From positions 2,787-66,786 of the forward strand of contig CAJUMY010000010.1 of NCBI GenBank assembly GCA_910587685.1: 64,000 bases of DNA. The letters are read 5' to 3'. Position numbers and translations under genes: made by a program. The notes beneath the pieces are model-generated. The model was not told the origin of the DNA, did not search any database, and worked only from the letters and a program-made list of their open reading frames with translations. This document shows positions 1-8,812 of this stretch, in pieces; within the stretch, counting starts at the first letter, position 1; the number at the start of each line of letters is the position of its first letter. The DNA is from an uncultured Christensenellaceae bacterium (GTDB taxonomy: Bacteria; Bacillota; Clostridia; Christensenellales; UBA3700).

Positions 1-136
1 CGTTCTTCGAACCTATCGCTGTGAATATCGTATATTGGTGTCTTATCGTGACGCTGTTTGCCGTTCCGACGGTATATTCTTTCGAAAAATATTACGTGAG
101 AATAAAGAAGAAAAATAACGACAGGGAGGTGTGACT

Positions 137-727
137 ATGACGTTTTGGCAAGAGTTTGCATTGGTATTTACAGGTATGGGAGTGATCCCTGCGATATGTC
201 TTATAATTGGAATAGGTCTTGTGATCACGGAGATGTTCATTCCGGGGTTCGGGGTGTGCGGGATATCGGGAACTATTCTTATAATAGCCGGTATCGCTAT
301 CCGCGTTGCATATGCGGGCGAAGGAAATCCCGTTATACAGTTCTTCGTTTTGCTGTTTTTGGTGCTTGCCGCGCTTGGCATAGGATTTATGATAATGTTG
401 CGATCAGTAAAAAAAGGATTGCTTTCCCGAACGCCGATAGTAGAGAACGAAACGGCGGTCCCGACGGGTATTACGGCGGGAACCGAGGACTATTCGTCGC
501 TCGTCGGCAAAGTCGGCATTACTATAACGACTCTTCGTCCCATGGGTATGGTGTCTATCGAAGGCAAAACTTACGATGCGACGGCGCTATACGAGTTCAT
601 ACGCAAAGACGAATTGATAAAAGTAGATAGTGTCGAAGGCGGAAAGATAGTCGTTCGGAGAAAGGAGACGGAGCCGTCTAAGGAAACCGATAAGACGGAT
701 GAACACTCAAGTATATCGGAGAAATAA
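137..727 (+). CDS. NfeD-family membrane protein (short form: TM helices plus C-terminal OB-fold)
   Basis: ORF 131..727. A GGGAGG RBS at 124-129 favours the ATG at 137. Hydrophobic helices are followed by a beta-rich tail 'GKVGITITTLRPMGMVSIEGKTYDA...VEGGKIVVRR', typical of the NfeD C-terminal domain. It lies directly upstream of floA, as in the Bacillus yqeZ-yqfA arrangement. Confidence 0.8.
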   Translation: MTFWQEFALVFTGMGVIPAICLIIGIGLVITEMFIPGFGVCGISGTILIIAGIAIRVAYAGEGNPVIQFFVLLFLVLAALGIGFMIMLRSVKKGLLSRTPIVENETAVPTGITAGTEDYSSLVGKVGITITTLRPMGMVSIEGKTYDATALYEFIRKDELIKVDSVEGGKIVVRRKETEPSKETDKTDEHSSISEK

Positions 728-867
728 CTTTTCATATATAATTAAATAAAGATATTGCTGATACCGAAATGGTTTCAAAGAATCGGTATTGAGCGATAGA
801 AAATCAAAACATGGTTATATGTACGTCAAAAACGTATATAACATATAAAAATTTGGAGGTAAAGGAT

Positions 868-1908
868 ATGTTTATGAATATGGCTACTGCGCTTGCCGAC
901 GTGTACGAGGCTATGTCGCCCGACGTCGGAGCGATCATCGGCATTACTGTCGGAGTCATAATTGCGGTAATTATTATTATCGCGCTCTTTGTATTGCTGC
1001 CTGTTGCGACGTGGTTCAGAGCGCTCGTATCGGGAGCAAAGGTTTCTATGGCGAGACTTGTAGGTATGAAGCTTCGTAGAAACAGTATGAAAATGATAGT
1101 AGAGGCGTATATCAGCGCTAAAAAAGCGGGACTCGACATAGCTATTGATTCTCTTGAGACGCACGCGATGGCGGGAGGCGACGTCAATAAGGTCGTTTAC
1201 GCGCTCATTTCGGCGCACAGCGCAAATATTACGCTCACGCTCGATACGGCTAAGGCGATAGACCTTGCGGGACGAGACGTATTCAACGCCGTTAAAGTGT
1301 CCGTCAATCCCAAAGTTATCGAAACTCCGATAATAGCGGCGGTAGCGAAGGACGGTATCGAGCTTAGAGTAAAGGCGAGAGTTACCGTAAGAGCTAATAT
1401 CGCAAGACTTATCGGCGGAGCGGGAGAAGAGACGATAATCGCGAGAGTCGGCGAGGGCATAGTTACTACGGTCGGTTCGTCGGAGACGCACAAGGAAGTT
1501 ATCGAAAATCCCGACAGAATATCTAAGACCGTGCTTGATAAAGGTCTTGACGCAGGAACTGCATTCGAGATACTCTCTATCGATATTGCGGACGTTGACG
1601 TCGGCAGAAATATCGGCGCTCAGCTCCAGATGGATCAGGCGGAAGCCGATAAGAGAATCGCGGAAGCGCAGGCTGAAGAGAGAAGAGCTATGGCTGTTGC
1701 TCTAGAGCAGGAGATGAAAGCTAAGACGCAGGAAATGAAGGCGCTCGTTATAAAAGCCGAAGCCGAAGTTCCGATGGCTATGGCAGAAGCGCTCAGAAGC
1801 GGAAAGATGGGCGTTATGGACTACTACAATATGCAGAACGTCGTTGCCGATACGAACATGAGAAACAATCTCGCAGGCGACGTTCCTACCGATAAAAACA
1901 ATAAGTAA
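868..1908 (+). CDS. floA: Flotillin-like protein FloA (SPFH domain, YqfA/UPF0365 family)
   Basis: ORF 811..1908. A GGAGG RBS at 855-859 favours ATG 868. An N-terminal TM is followed by blocks colinear with B. subtilis FloA as I remember it: 'VNPKVIETP', '[29 protein letters not shown]', '[17 protein letters not shown]', '[23 protein letters not shown]', 'GVMDYYNM'. Confidence 0.93.
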   Translation: MFMNMATALADVYEAMSPDVGAIIGITVGVIIAVIIIIALFVLLPVATWFRALVSGAKVSMARLVGMKLRRNSMKMIVEAYISAKKAGLDIAIDSLETHAMAGGDVNKVVYALISAHSANITLTLDTAKAIDLAGRDVFNAVKVSVNPKVIETPIIAAVAKDGIELRVKARVTVRANIARLIGGAGEETIIARVGEGIVTTVGSSETHKEVIENPDRISKTVLDKGLDAGTAFEILSIDIADVDVGRNIGAQLQMDQAEADKRIAEAQAEERRAMAVALEQEMKAKTQEMKALVIKAEAEVPMAMAEALRSGKMGVMDYYNMQNVVADTNMRNNLAGDVPTDKNNK

Positions 1909-2012
1909 TATCGGGTGAGTAGCTATCCGTTGTTGATATAACGGGAAACGAACTCCTTTATGCGGCTGTCTGCTGGGAGGCAGGCAGCTTAAAAGGAGAT
2001 AGGAGGCGAAAG

Positions 2013-2609
2013 ATGGAATTTTTTCCGATTTTAATCATTCTTATGATCGTGATAAGCGTCGGAGCTTCCGTTGCTACGCAAGCGCGTAAGAATAAGGCAA
2101 AACAAAGTGGCAGAAGCAGCGAAATTTCCGATAGCAAACCGGAGATGACGACAGGATACAATACGCAGAGGAGAGAGGCAGATCCGTTTTTCGATAACAG
2201 CGGTAAAACGAACCGCGCGTTAAACGAGAATAAAAAAATCGCCGTTGAAAAGCGTAACAATCAGGGAAACGCCGCAAAGGAAAGAGCGAACGGTTTCGGC
2301 GCGTCGATCGCCGGTGAAAATACGGCGCTCGGTACGCTCAAAGACTATAAACCGATAACTTCTAACATCAAAACTCACGCTCATATAGGACGCGAGGAAA
2401 AGAATATCCCGACCGAGGAAAGCATGGGCAAGATATCTGATCTTCAGGGATGCGGAGAACATTACTATTCGAGGTTTGTGTCGGATACTTCTTCTAAAGC
2501 TACGCAAAGAGACGACGAAGCGGTGAAGAATTCGTTAAAGACCGCGATAGTGCTCGGAGAAGTTATCAATAAACCGGCGTTCAAAAGGAAGGACGGCAAG
2601 ATAAGATAA
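2013..2609 (+). CDS. Hypothetical membrane-anchored protein (third gene of the nfeD-floA operon)
   Basis: Strong RBS AAAAGGAGATAGGAGG upstream of ATG 2013. One N-terminal TM ('FFPILIILMIVISVGASVA') is followed by a polar, low-complexity region. Host-like codon usage. It is followed by a strong terminator. No family recognised. Confidence 0.55.
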   Translation: MEFFPILIILMIVISVGASVATQARKNKAKQSGRSSEISDSKPEMTTGYNTQRREADPFFDNSGKTNRALNENKKIAVEKRNNQGNAAKERANGFGASIAGENTALGTLKDYKPITSNIKTHAHIGREEKNIPTEESMGKISDLQGCGEHYYSRFVSDTSSKATQRDDEAVKNSLKTAIVLGEVINKPAFKRKDGKIR

Positions 2610-2645
2610 AATAATTTTGTTTTATGTAAAAGTATATATTTTGTA

Positions 2646-2682
2646 ATATGCATCGAAATTAGTTGTCGATGCATATTTTTTA
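2646..2682 (+). terminator. Rho-independent terminator ending the nfeD-floA operon
   Basis: Perfect 11-bp stem: atatgcatcga (2646-2656) pairs with tcgatgcatat (2666-2676). It is followed by a T-run at 2677-2681. Confidence 0.75.
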
Positions 2683-2720
2683 TGTAAAATTCTAGAAAAT
2701 AATAGTGACATTTTTATATA

Positions 2721-2749
2721 TTGATGTTATACTCAAAATATAATATAAT
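2721..2749 (+). promoter_or_regulatory. Sigma-A-like promoter for the secreted-protein gene
   Basis: TTGATG (2721-2726), 17-nt spacer, TATAAT (2744-2749), about 22 nt upstream of the start at 2772. Confidence 0.45.
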
Positions 2750-2771
2750 TTGTGAATTGGGTAGGTGAATT

Positions 2772-3740
2772 ATGAAAAAGATGTATTTAATTAACAAAAA
2801 GATGCTTATTCCTATGTTTTTGATGATAGCATTTATTATTATTTGGATATTTTTGCCTATAATAACTTATGCTGAAGAAGGATTTCCGGTTAATGTTGAT
2901 GAAACATGGACTTTTGTAGGTAGGAGTATTGATAAATCATTCGATCCTTGTAATATAGAAAATCAATATCCGCATGAAAATTATGAAGATAACGTTCACG
3001 AAAAGCCTCGATTTTCTTTTAATAATTACTTTTTTACAAAAGAATGTAACGGAGATATGTTTGTAGCCGTTGTCAGTCAGATGTATATGGATCCAAATTA
3101 TTTACCTGAAAATCATCCTAACGATACGATGCGGTCGCAAAGGTGTCATGTGAAATCAGGTATTACAAAAGCTGAGATGAAGAAGGGATTATTCGGTGTA
3201 AAAAAATATACGGATCTGAAAACAACCGGAGGATATTTTACCTATGCTTCGCCTAAAACCACCGGCATAAGTACGTCTGTCAGCGTTGGAGGACAAGTTG
3301 GAGGAGGAATTACGGGATCTGGATCTGCTTTGGGATTTAGCGGTGATATCGGCATCAACGGTTCTTTCTCAACTGCAACCGTAAGGGATAATCCGGCTTT
3401 ATCGACATATTGGAAATTTTATTATGATAGCGCAAATAAGATCAATGGCATTGACATACAGTACGAATATTATGACCCTTCATATAACAAAAATTTTTTT
3501 GCGTCAAATGTGACGGATTTATTATACATAGCTATATATAGATGCGCTAATAAAGAAGACTATATATGTATTACTATGGAATATCAGCCGGAGTTCTTTT
3601 TTGATAGACCTATACTAACTAATATAAGAGTATGGGGACATAATAGATACAAATATTACATTAATCCTTCAACCGGAGATTTTAATGCGGCTATTTTATT
3701 TGGCGAAGACTCTGATAAATTGAATAGTCTTACGAACTAG
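2772..3740 (+). CDS. Secreted hypothetical protein with a central amphipathic Gly/Ser/Thr-rich segment (candidate beta-pore-forming toxin or large bacteriocin)
   Basis: RBS GGTAGGTG. The signal peptide has a K-rich n-region, a hydrophobic core and a 'TYA|EE' cleavage-like site. The mature part is Tyr/Asn/Phe-rich. Residues 163-204 read 'TTGISTSVSVGGQVGGGITGSGSALGFSGDIGINGSFSTATV'. Codon usage (TTA, TCA, GAT, AAT, ATA) is unlike neighbouring genes. The CDS call is solid. The function is inferred. Confidence 0.75.
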   Translation: MKKMYLINKKMLIPMFLMIAFIIIWIFLPIITYAEEGFPVNVDETWTFVGRSIDKSFDPCNIENQYPHENYEDNVHEKPRFSFNNYFFTKECNGDMFVAVVSQMYMDPNYLPENHPNDTMRSQRCHVKSGITKAEMKKGLFGVKKYTDLKTTGGYFTYASPKTTGISTSVSVGGQVGGGITGSGSALGFSGDIGINGSFSTATVRDNPALSTYWKFYYDSANKINGIDIQYEYYDPSYNKNFFASNVTDLLYIAIYRCANKEDYICITMEYQPEFFFDRPILTNIRVWGHNRYKYYINPSTGDFNAAILFGEDSDKLNSLTN

Positions 3741-3773
3741 TATATAGTTTATAAAAAATTTGTAACTCGGATA

Positions 3774-3802
3774 TTGATTTAATTTTTTTGTGGGTGTATA
3801 AT
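3774..3802 (+). promoter_or_regulatory. Sigma-A-like promoter upstream of the first ABC fusion gene
   Basis: TTGATT (3774-3779), 17-nt spacer, TATAAT (3797-3802). Confidence 0.45.
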
Positions 3803-3963
3803 TAAGACATAATATTTTTATTTTAATATTTGACAAAGCGTAGTTAAAGAGTAAATCAAAGATTTTGAAATAGAAATTTTTATACAATAGGTTACACGAT
3901 ATTAAATCGCAAGTTAGAAAAATACAAGTAAAATAAAGCGTTATACAAGGCGGGAGATCATAT

Positions 3964-6084
3964 ATGATAGAGATAAAAAATTTAACTAAAAAATACGATT
4001 TTACCGTTCTTGACGGGGTGAATTTGACGTTGCCTGATAGAGGACTCGTATGTATTACGGGCGAGTCGGGAAGTGGGAAAACGACGCTTTTGAACGCCAT
4101 AGGCATGAATATTTCGGTAGAAGGTGAAATCATTTATAACGGAGAAAACATTGTCGAGCTTAAGGGAAGGAAAAAAGATGGTATAAGGAGTCGAAGTTTC
4201 AGCTATGTCGGACAGAGAGTAGTTTTCCTTGAAAATATGAGTGTTAGCGATAATATCAGGCTTATGACTTATAAAGATATAGACGTCGAGGAAACTCTAG
4301 CGTTTTTTAATATGTCCGGATTAAAAAATTCGCTTGTCAAAAGTCTGAGCGGCGGAGAAAGGAAGAGAGTCGCTCTTATTATGGCATATCTTAGGAATAC
4401 TCCTGTTATACTTGCCGACGAACCTACGGCTGATCTCGACGAAGATAACGCCGTTCTTGTAATGGAAGTTTTGAAGGAACTGTCTAAGATCGCGCTTGTC
4501 GTAGTGTCGAGTCATATGAGAGAACTTGCAAAACGTTATGCCGACAAAATATATATTATCGAAAACGCCGCAATAACGCTATTATATAACGGAGAGGAAG
4601 AAAGAGAAATTTCGAATAATAATGATTTAACTTGTCGTAGACCCGAAACGCAAATTTCGAATAATACTGTTAAAACGAATCTTACGATGAAGGAGACGTT
4701 CGTTACTTTTGTAAAATGCGTCAATAAAAACAGAGCGTTGGCTTTGAGCTTTGCGGTAATCACTGTACTTTCGCTGACGGTTTTGCTCTGCGGATTCGTT
4801 TTTTACATGAATCCGACAAATGATATGATCTCCGATAATATGCATAAAATAGGCGTACGATATTATTATACGTTTGAAAAAGGAGAAGAAACTTTTTTCG
4901 GGAATAAAAACTGCAAAAACTGTATCGGAGAATATTACGTTGATACGGAAAAACTGTTTGCAAAGGATATTGAAAACGGTAAATTCAAGGGAAGACTGCC
5001 TCAAAAATTCGGAGAATATATCGTAAGCGATTATTTCGAAGCAAATTTCTTTCAAGGAGACGCAGTCGGAAAGATTATTGAGAAAGGTTATTTGTCGGCA
5101 ACGATAGATATGACGGTATGCGGCGTATACGGTACTGGCTTGTTGGGATGCACGACGGATAAGTTCGATATTAACGACATGAAAGACGTTGAAAATCACG
5201 TTTTGTTGTCAGTGTATTCCGATATGAAATATACGGACGCTCGTGCTTCGCTAAATTCTTGTAACGAAATCTATATTGCGAATAAGATCGATCGGGGGGA
5301 GATAATTGCAGGCAGGGTCCCAAACGCCGATGGCGAATATCTCGCGACTGCGGACTTTGTAGCCTATCAGTTGAGCAGTAATGAAAAAACGATAACGCGC
5401 GAAGACGTGTTGAATTATCCTAACGAATATTTGAATACGTTCGGCGTATCTCATCAAATATACAAGCACGGTATGTATTCGGCGGATATAAAAGTAGTAG
5501 GTATAACGGATAGGGTGACAGATCATAACGAAAACCGTTGCTATATATCGGAAAAGGCAAGTTTAGACGTGTTGATAGACGGTTACGTTGCAGCTGTAGA
5601 CGAAATAGACTTCCAAAAAGAGTATTTAAGTAGCGGGTATTCGGTATCTCCATATGGGGATTCAATAGATTTTTTGAATATCGCGTCTATAATTATGATA
5701 GTTGCTGGAAACTGCTTTTTTGCCGTTTCGATAGTTATCGCGGTTATCTATGTACTGTCGGTAAAGGAAGAGAACGGAAAGTTTTTACGTACGCTATACC
5801 TTTTAGGATTTACAAAAGATGCCGTTAAAAAATGTATATTCGCTTACATAACGTGCGTACTTGTTTTATCTTTCGTTCTATCGCTTGTTCTCGGACTTAT
5901 TTGTCTGTCCGTCTTTGATAGCGTCGCTGTTGTCGGAACGAGTATAACGTTTTTAGCTTATAAGATAACGTTTAGTCCGATACTCATACTCGTCGCATTT
6001 GTTTTAACGGAAGCGATGATAATTGTCTTAAGTTCGCATAACGTTTGCAATACTATAATCGGAGGCGTATATGATAGACGTTAG
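3964..6084 (+). CDS. ABC transporter, fused ATP-binding domain and FtsX/MacB-type permease (706 aa)
   Basis: The N-terminal NBD has Walker A 'GESGSGKT', Q-loop 'YVGQR', signature 'LSGGERKRV', Walker B 'ILADEPT' and H-loop 'VVSSHM'. It is followed by one TM ('ALALSFAVITVLSLTVLLCGFVF'), an extracytoplasmic region of about 300 aa, and three C-terminal TM helices of FtsX type. Confidence 0.88.
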   Translation: MIEIKNLTKKYDFTVLDGVNLTLPDRGLVCITGESGSGKTTLLNAIGMNISVEGEIIYNGENIVELKGRKKDGIRSRSFSYVGQRVVFLENMSVSDNIRLMTYKDIDVEETLAFFNMSGLKNSLVKSLSGGERKRVALIMAYLRNTPVILADEPTADLDEDNAVLVMEVLKELSKIALVVVSSHMRELAKRYADKIYIIENAAITLLYNGEEEREISNNNDLTCRRPETQISNNTVKTNLTMKETFVTFVKCVNKNRALALSFAVITVLSLTVLLCGFVFYMNPTNDMISDNMHKIGVRYYYTFEKGEETFFGNKNCKNCIGEYYVDTEKLFAKDIENGKFKGRLPQKFGEYIVSDYFEANFFQGDAVGKIIEKGYLSATIDMTVCGVYGTGLLGCTTDKFDINDMKDVENHVLLSVYSDMKYTDARASLNSCNEIYIANKIDRGEIIAGRVPNADGEYLATADFVAYQLSSNEKTITREDVLNYPNEYLNTFGVSHQIYKHGMYSADIKVVGITDRVTDHNENRCYISEKASLDVLIDGYVAAVDEIDFQKEYLSSGYSVSPYGDSIDFLNIASIIMIVAGNCFFAVSIVIAVIYVLSVKEENGKFLRTLYLLGFTKDAVKKCIFAYITCVLVLSFVLSLVLGLICLSVFDSVAVVGTSITFLAYKITFSPILILVAFVLTEAMIIVLSSHNVCNTIIGGVYDRR

Positions 6085-8188
6085 GGGAATAAATAAAGAT
6101 TACGGCAACGGAAGAGGAATATTCGATATTAACGTTTCGCTGCCGAAAAGCGGCATTGTCGCAGTTAGCGGAAAGTCAGGAAGCGGAAAAACGACGTTTT
6201 TGAATTTGCTTCTCGAGATAATAAAGCCTACGTCTGGGGAAATAGCAATAAACGGCGAAGCTCTTTCATTTGAAGACGTCAACAGCAAAGGTTATTTTGC
6301 GTGCGTGTTTCAAGAAAACAGTCTTTTCGAATACTTGACGCTTCGAGAAAATATGCTGCTTTTTTCAGATAGCGACTATAAGATCAAAAATGCGCTAAGC
6401 GCTCTCGGCATAGCAAAGTATACGGATACGGAAGTTTCTAAACTTAGCGGCGGAGAGAAAAAGAGAGCGAGCATAGCCGCGGCAATACTCGGAGAAAATC
6501 CCGTTATACTTGCCGACGAACCGACGTCGGGGCTTGACGCTCGTAACGCAAGAAATATAATGGAGATATTGAAAAAACTTTCCGATGATAGATTGGTGAT
6601 CGTCGTTACGCACGATACATGTTTTCGAAACGAATTTGCGGACAGAATTATCACGCTTGACGGGGGGAGGATAATAAACGACGCGGAAAACGTAGGAACC
6701 GGCGAAGGAAAGATCGCTGTAGAAGACGACGAAGCGGAAAGAGACGAGAAGAAAGCATATTCGGATACTGAAGTTTTAAGGCGCGGAGAAGACGTCAAAC
6801 GGGATGGGAAATCGAAAGAAGCGATAAGAAAGTTTAATCTGAGTTTCATAATGAAAACGGTAAGTTTTAGAATACGTTCTTCGATTTTAAGGAATTTGAT
6901 TTCTCTCGCCGCGTTCGTAATTATCGGAGTTCTTGCGTTCTTCACCGTAGGATTCGTAACTATGGACAATACGGAAAATCTTATATCGTCGGCGGAAAAG
7001 GGCGGGATAAGCAGAATAATAGAACGCAATGCGAACGGAAATTCGCTTTCGCCGGAGATTTGTAAAAGGCTAGAGAGCAAATATGAAATATATCTCGGCT
7101 ATTTGAACGCAGAGGCGCTCTTTTATGCCGACAACGTTTTTGTCGATGAAGGATATCGCGTCGGCAAGGTGACAATGACGGAATATACGTATTCGAAGTT
7201 TCTTCTAAGTGGAAAAATAGACGGCGGATATGCTATTATAGGAAATAAAAATTACGAAATATATTCGATAAAAAACGACGACGCTGTTTTGGGGAAAGAA
7301 AAATATAAGGACTCGATATATATGAACGCGCAAGACGCAGATGATATAATGAGTTCTTTCGAGATAAATACTAAAATGCGTATCATGGGAGGGTATTTTG
7401 TCGGCGTTACGTTGAAGCGTGACGCTTCCCTTCAGGGTAACGACACGATCGTGACCGTCGATTTGGCGGAGCGCATCGCAGAGGAGGATATATTATCTCA
7501 AACGCTCGGCAGCGGCAGACCGCTTGCGACCGATATAGAGTTGTATTTTTCTTTTGACAAACGTTTTAGCTACGACGTCAATATCGTGAGCGTCGAGACG
7601 GATAATGAACAGACCGCAATATACGTATCGGACGATAGATACGCGTCTTTTCTTAAGAGCTATTTCGGATATTCTGCGTTCATTGATAACGATAATACGA
7701 AGGGAATAAAAGATATGATATCCGGCGGAAATCTTATCATTGACGTTGAAGGCGCGAGCAGCTTTGAAACGTATGAGAATATGAAAGAAAGTTATCTATG
7801 GCTATATATACTCGCCGTAGCGATAGTTCTCGTAGCGCATTCGGGACTCGTTATAGGGGCGATGAGACATTCTTTTATCGCCAATAGACGCAACTTTTTA
7901 TTGATGAAGACGCTTAATTCGGGAAAGAGAGATATCGCGGCAATAGGCGCGCTTTCCGCCTCTTTTGAAATTGTCGGCGGATATATTATTTCGACAATAA
8001 TTTCCGCGATCGTCTTTGCTATCTTGAAGGCAACACTCTTTACCCGATACCTGATTGCGCTCAATTTTGCGTCGGCTATCGCTGTATTTACAGTAGTTAC
8101 GGCGGTAACGGCGTTTGCGTCGGCGCTTTCGTTTCTTCTGTTGTTTTCTAAGAGATACGACGTCAACGATATGCGTACGTGTGACTGA
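6071..8188 (+). CDS. ABC transporter, fused ATP-binding domain and FtsX/MacB-type permease (705 aa), paralogous partner
   Basis: The start overlaps the upstream stop by 14 nt, with a GGAGG RBS at 6061-6065. Walker A 'GKSGSGKT', signature 'LSGGEKKRA', Walker B 'ILADEPTSGLD', H-loop 'VVTHD'. An acidic linker is followed by a TM, a large external domain and a C-terminal FtsX-like three-helix bundle. Confidence 0.88.
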   Translation: MIDVRGINKDYGNGRGIFDINVSLPKSGIVAVSGKSGSGKTTFLNLLLEIIKPTSGEIAINGEALSFEDVNSKGYFACVFQENSLFEYLTLRENMLLFSDSDYKIKNALSALGIAKYTDTEVSKLSGGEKKRASIAAAILGENPVILADEPTSGLDARNARNIMEILKKLSDDRLVIVVTHDTCFRNEFADRIITLDGGRIINDAENVGTGEGKIAVEDDEAERDEKKAYSDTEVLRRGEDVKRDGKSKEAIRKFNLSFIMKTVSFRIRSSILRNLISLAAFVIIGVLAFFTVGFVTMDNTENLISSAEKGGISRIIERNANGNSLSPEICKRLESKYEIYLGYLNAEALFYADNVFVDEGYRVGKVTMTEYTYSKFLLSGKIDGGYAIIGNKNYEIYSIKNDDAVLGKEKYKDSIYMNAQDADDIMSSFEINTKMRIMGGYFVGVTLKRDASLQGNDTIVTVDLAERIAEEDILSQTLGSGRPLATDIELYFSFDKRFSYDVNIVSVETDNEQTAIYVSDDRYASFLKSYFGYSAFIDNDNTKGIKDMISGGNLIIDVEGASSFETYENMKESYLWLYILAVAIVLVAHSGLVIGAMRHSFIANRRNFLLMKTLNSGKRDIAAIGALSASFEIVGGYIISTIISAIVFAILKATLFTRYLIALNFASAIAVFTVVTAVTAFASALSFLLLFSKRYDVNDMRTCD

Positions 8189-8405
8189 TAACATACGTAT
8201 ATGTATGTACGTTTCTGTTGTTAATATATTTTTTGAAACCGGTTTGGCGCTGACGGTATATACGATATAAAACAAGAATAATCGTAAGGATAACCTCGCG
8301 CGGATCTATGTTTTATTGATAATCATTATAGATTATTGATTACGAAACGAGTCATTACGTTCGGCGCGGCGAAAACGTCAAAAAATAAATTTGACGTCAA
8401 ATCGC

Positions 8406-8434
8406 TTTACACGACAAGAAATTAGTGATATAAT
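8406..8434 (+). promoter_or_regulatory. Promoter of the rpsF-ssb-rpsR operon
   Basis: TTTACA (8406-8411), 17-nt spacer, TATAAT (8429-8434), with TG at 8426-8427 (extended -10 style). It leaves a leader of about 75 nt containing the hairpin cctgcattgcagg. Confidence 0.5.
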
Positions 8435-8511
8435 CACAGTACATTTCTCTGCTCTTGCGGAGAATCCTTGCCTGCATTGCAGGTCATTAAGTCCATAAGG
8501 AGGTGCAGTAT

Positions 8512-8793
8512 ATGAATAAGTACGAAATGCTGTACATTATCGAGAACGAGGTGTCTGAAGAGAAGAAACAGGCAGTCATCGACAAACTCTCAGATATTGT
8601 TACTACGAGCGGCGGCGCAGTCGAGAGTATCGACAAGTGGGGCACGAGAAAGTACGCTTATCCAATCGACTACAAGACGGAAGGATATTACGTTCTCATG
8701 AACTTCGAGTCCGATGCAAACGTTCCGGCAGAGCTTGACAGGCAGATCAGGATCAATGACGATACCGTCAGATGTATGATCCTCAGAAAGTGA
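8512..8793 (+). CDS. rpsF: 30S ribosomal protein S6
   Basis: An AAGGAGG RBS precedes ATG 8512. 'MNKYEMLYII...', 'WGTRKYAYPI' and 'GYYVLMNF' are classic S6 blocks. Confidence 0.96.
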   Translation: MNKYEMLYIIENEVSEEKKQAVIDKLSDIVTTSGGAVESIDKWGTRKYAYPIDYKTEGYYVLMNFESDANVPAELDRQIRINDDTVRCMILRK

Positions 8794-8812
8794 TCGGAGG
8801 CAGAGCGATATC

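Noticed and set aside
2-118. An open frame running in from the left window edge and ending at TAA 116-118 ('...DGIFFRKILRENKEEK'), possibly the 3' end of an upstream gene.
   Set aside because: Only 38 codons are visible, with no recognisable motif. It cannot be supported as a feature.
145-630. A 161-aa alternate-frame ORF inside nfeD, and the 43..381 minus-strand ORF.
   Set aside because: Both overlap the NfeD-family gene, which has clear TM and OB-fold logic. Both have shadow-type composition.
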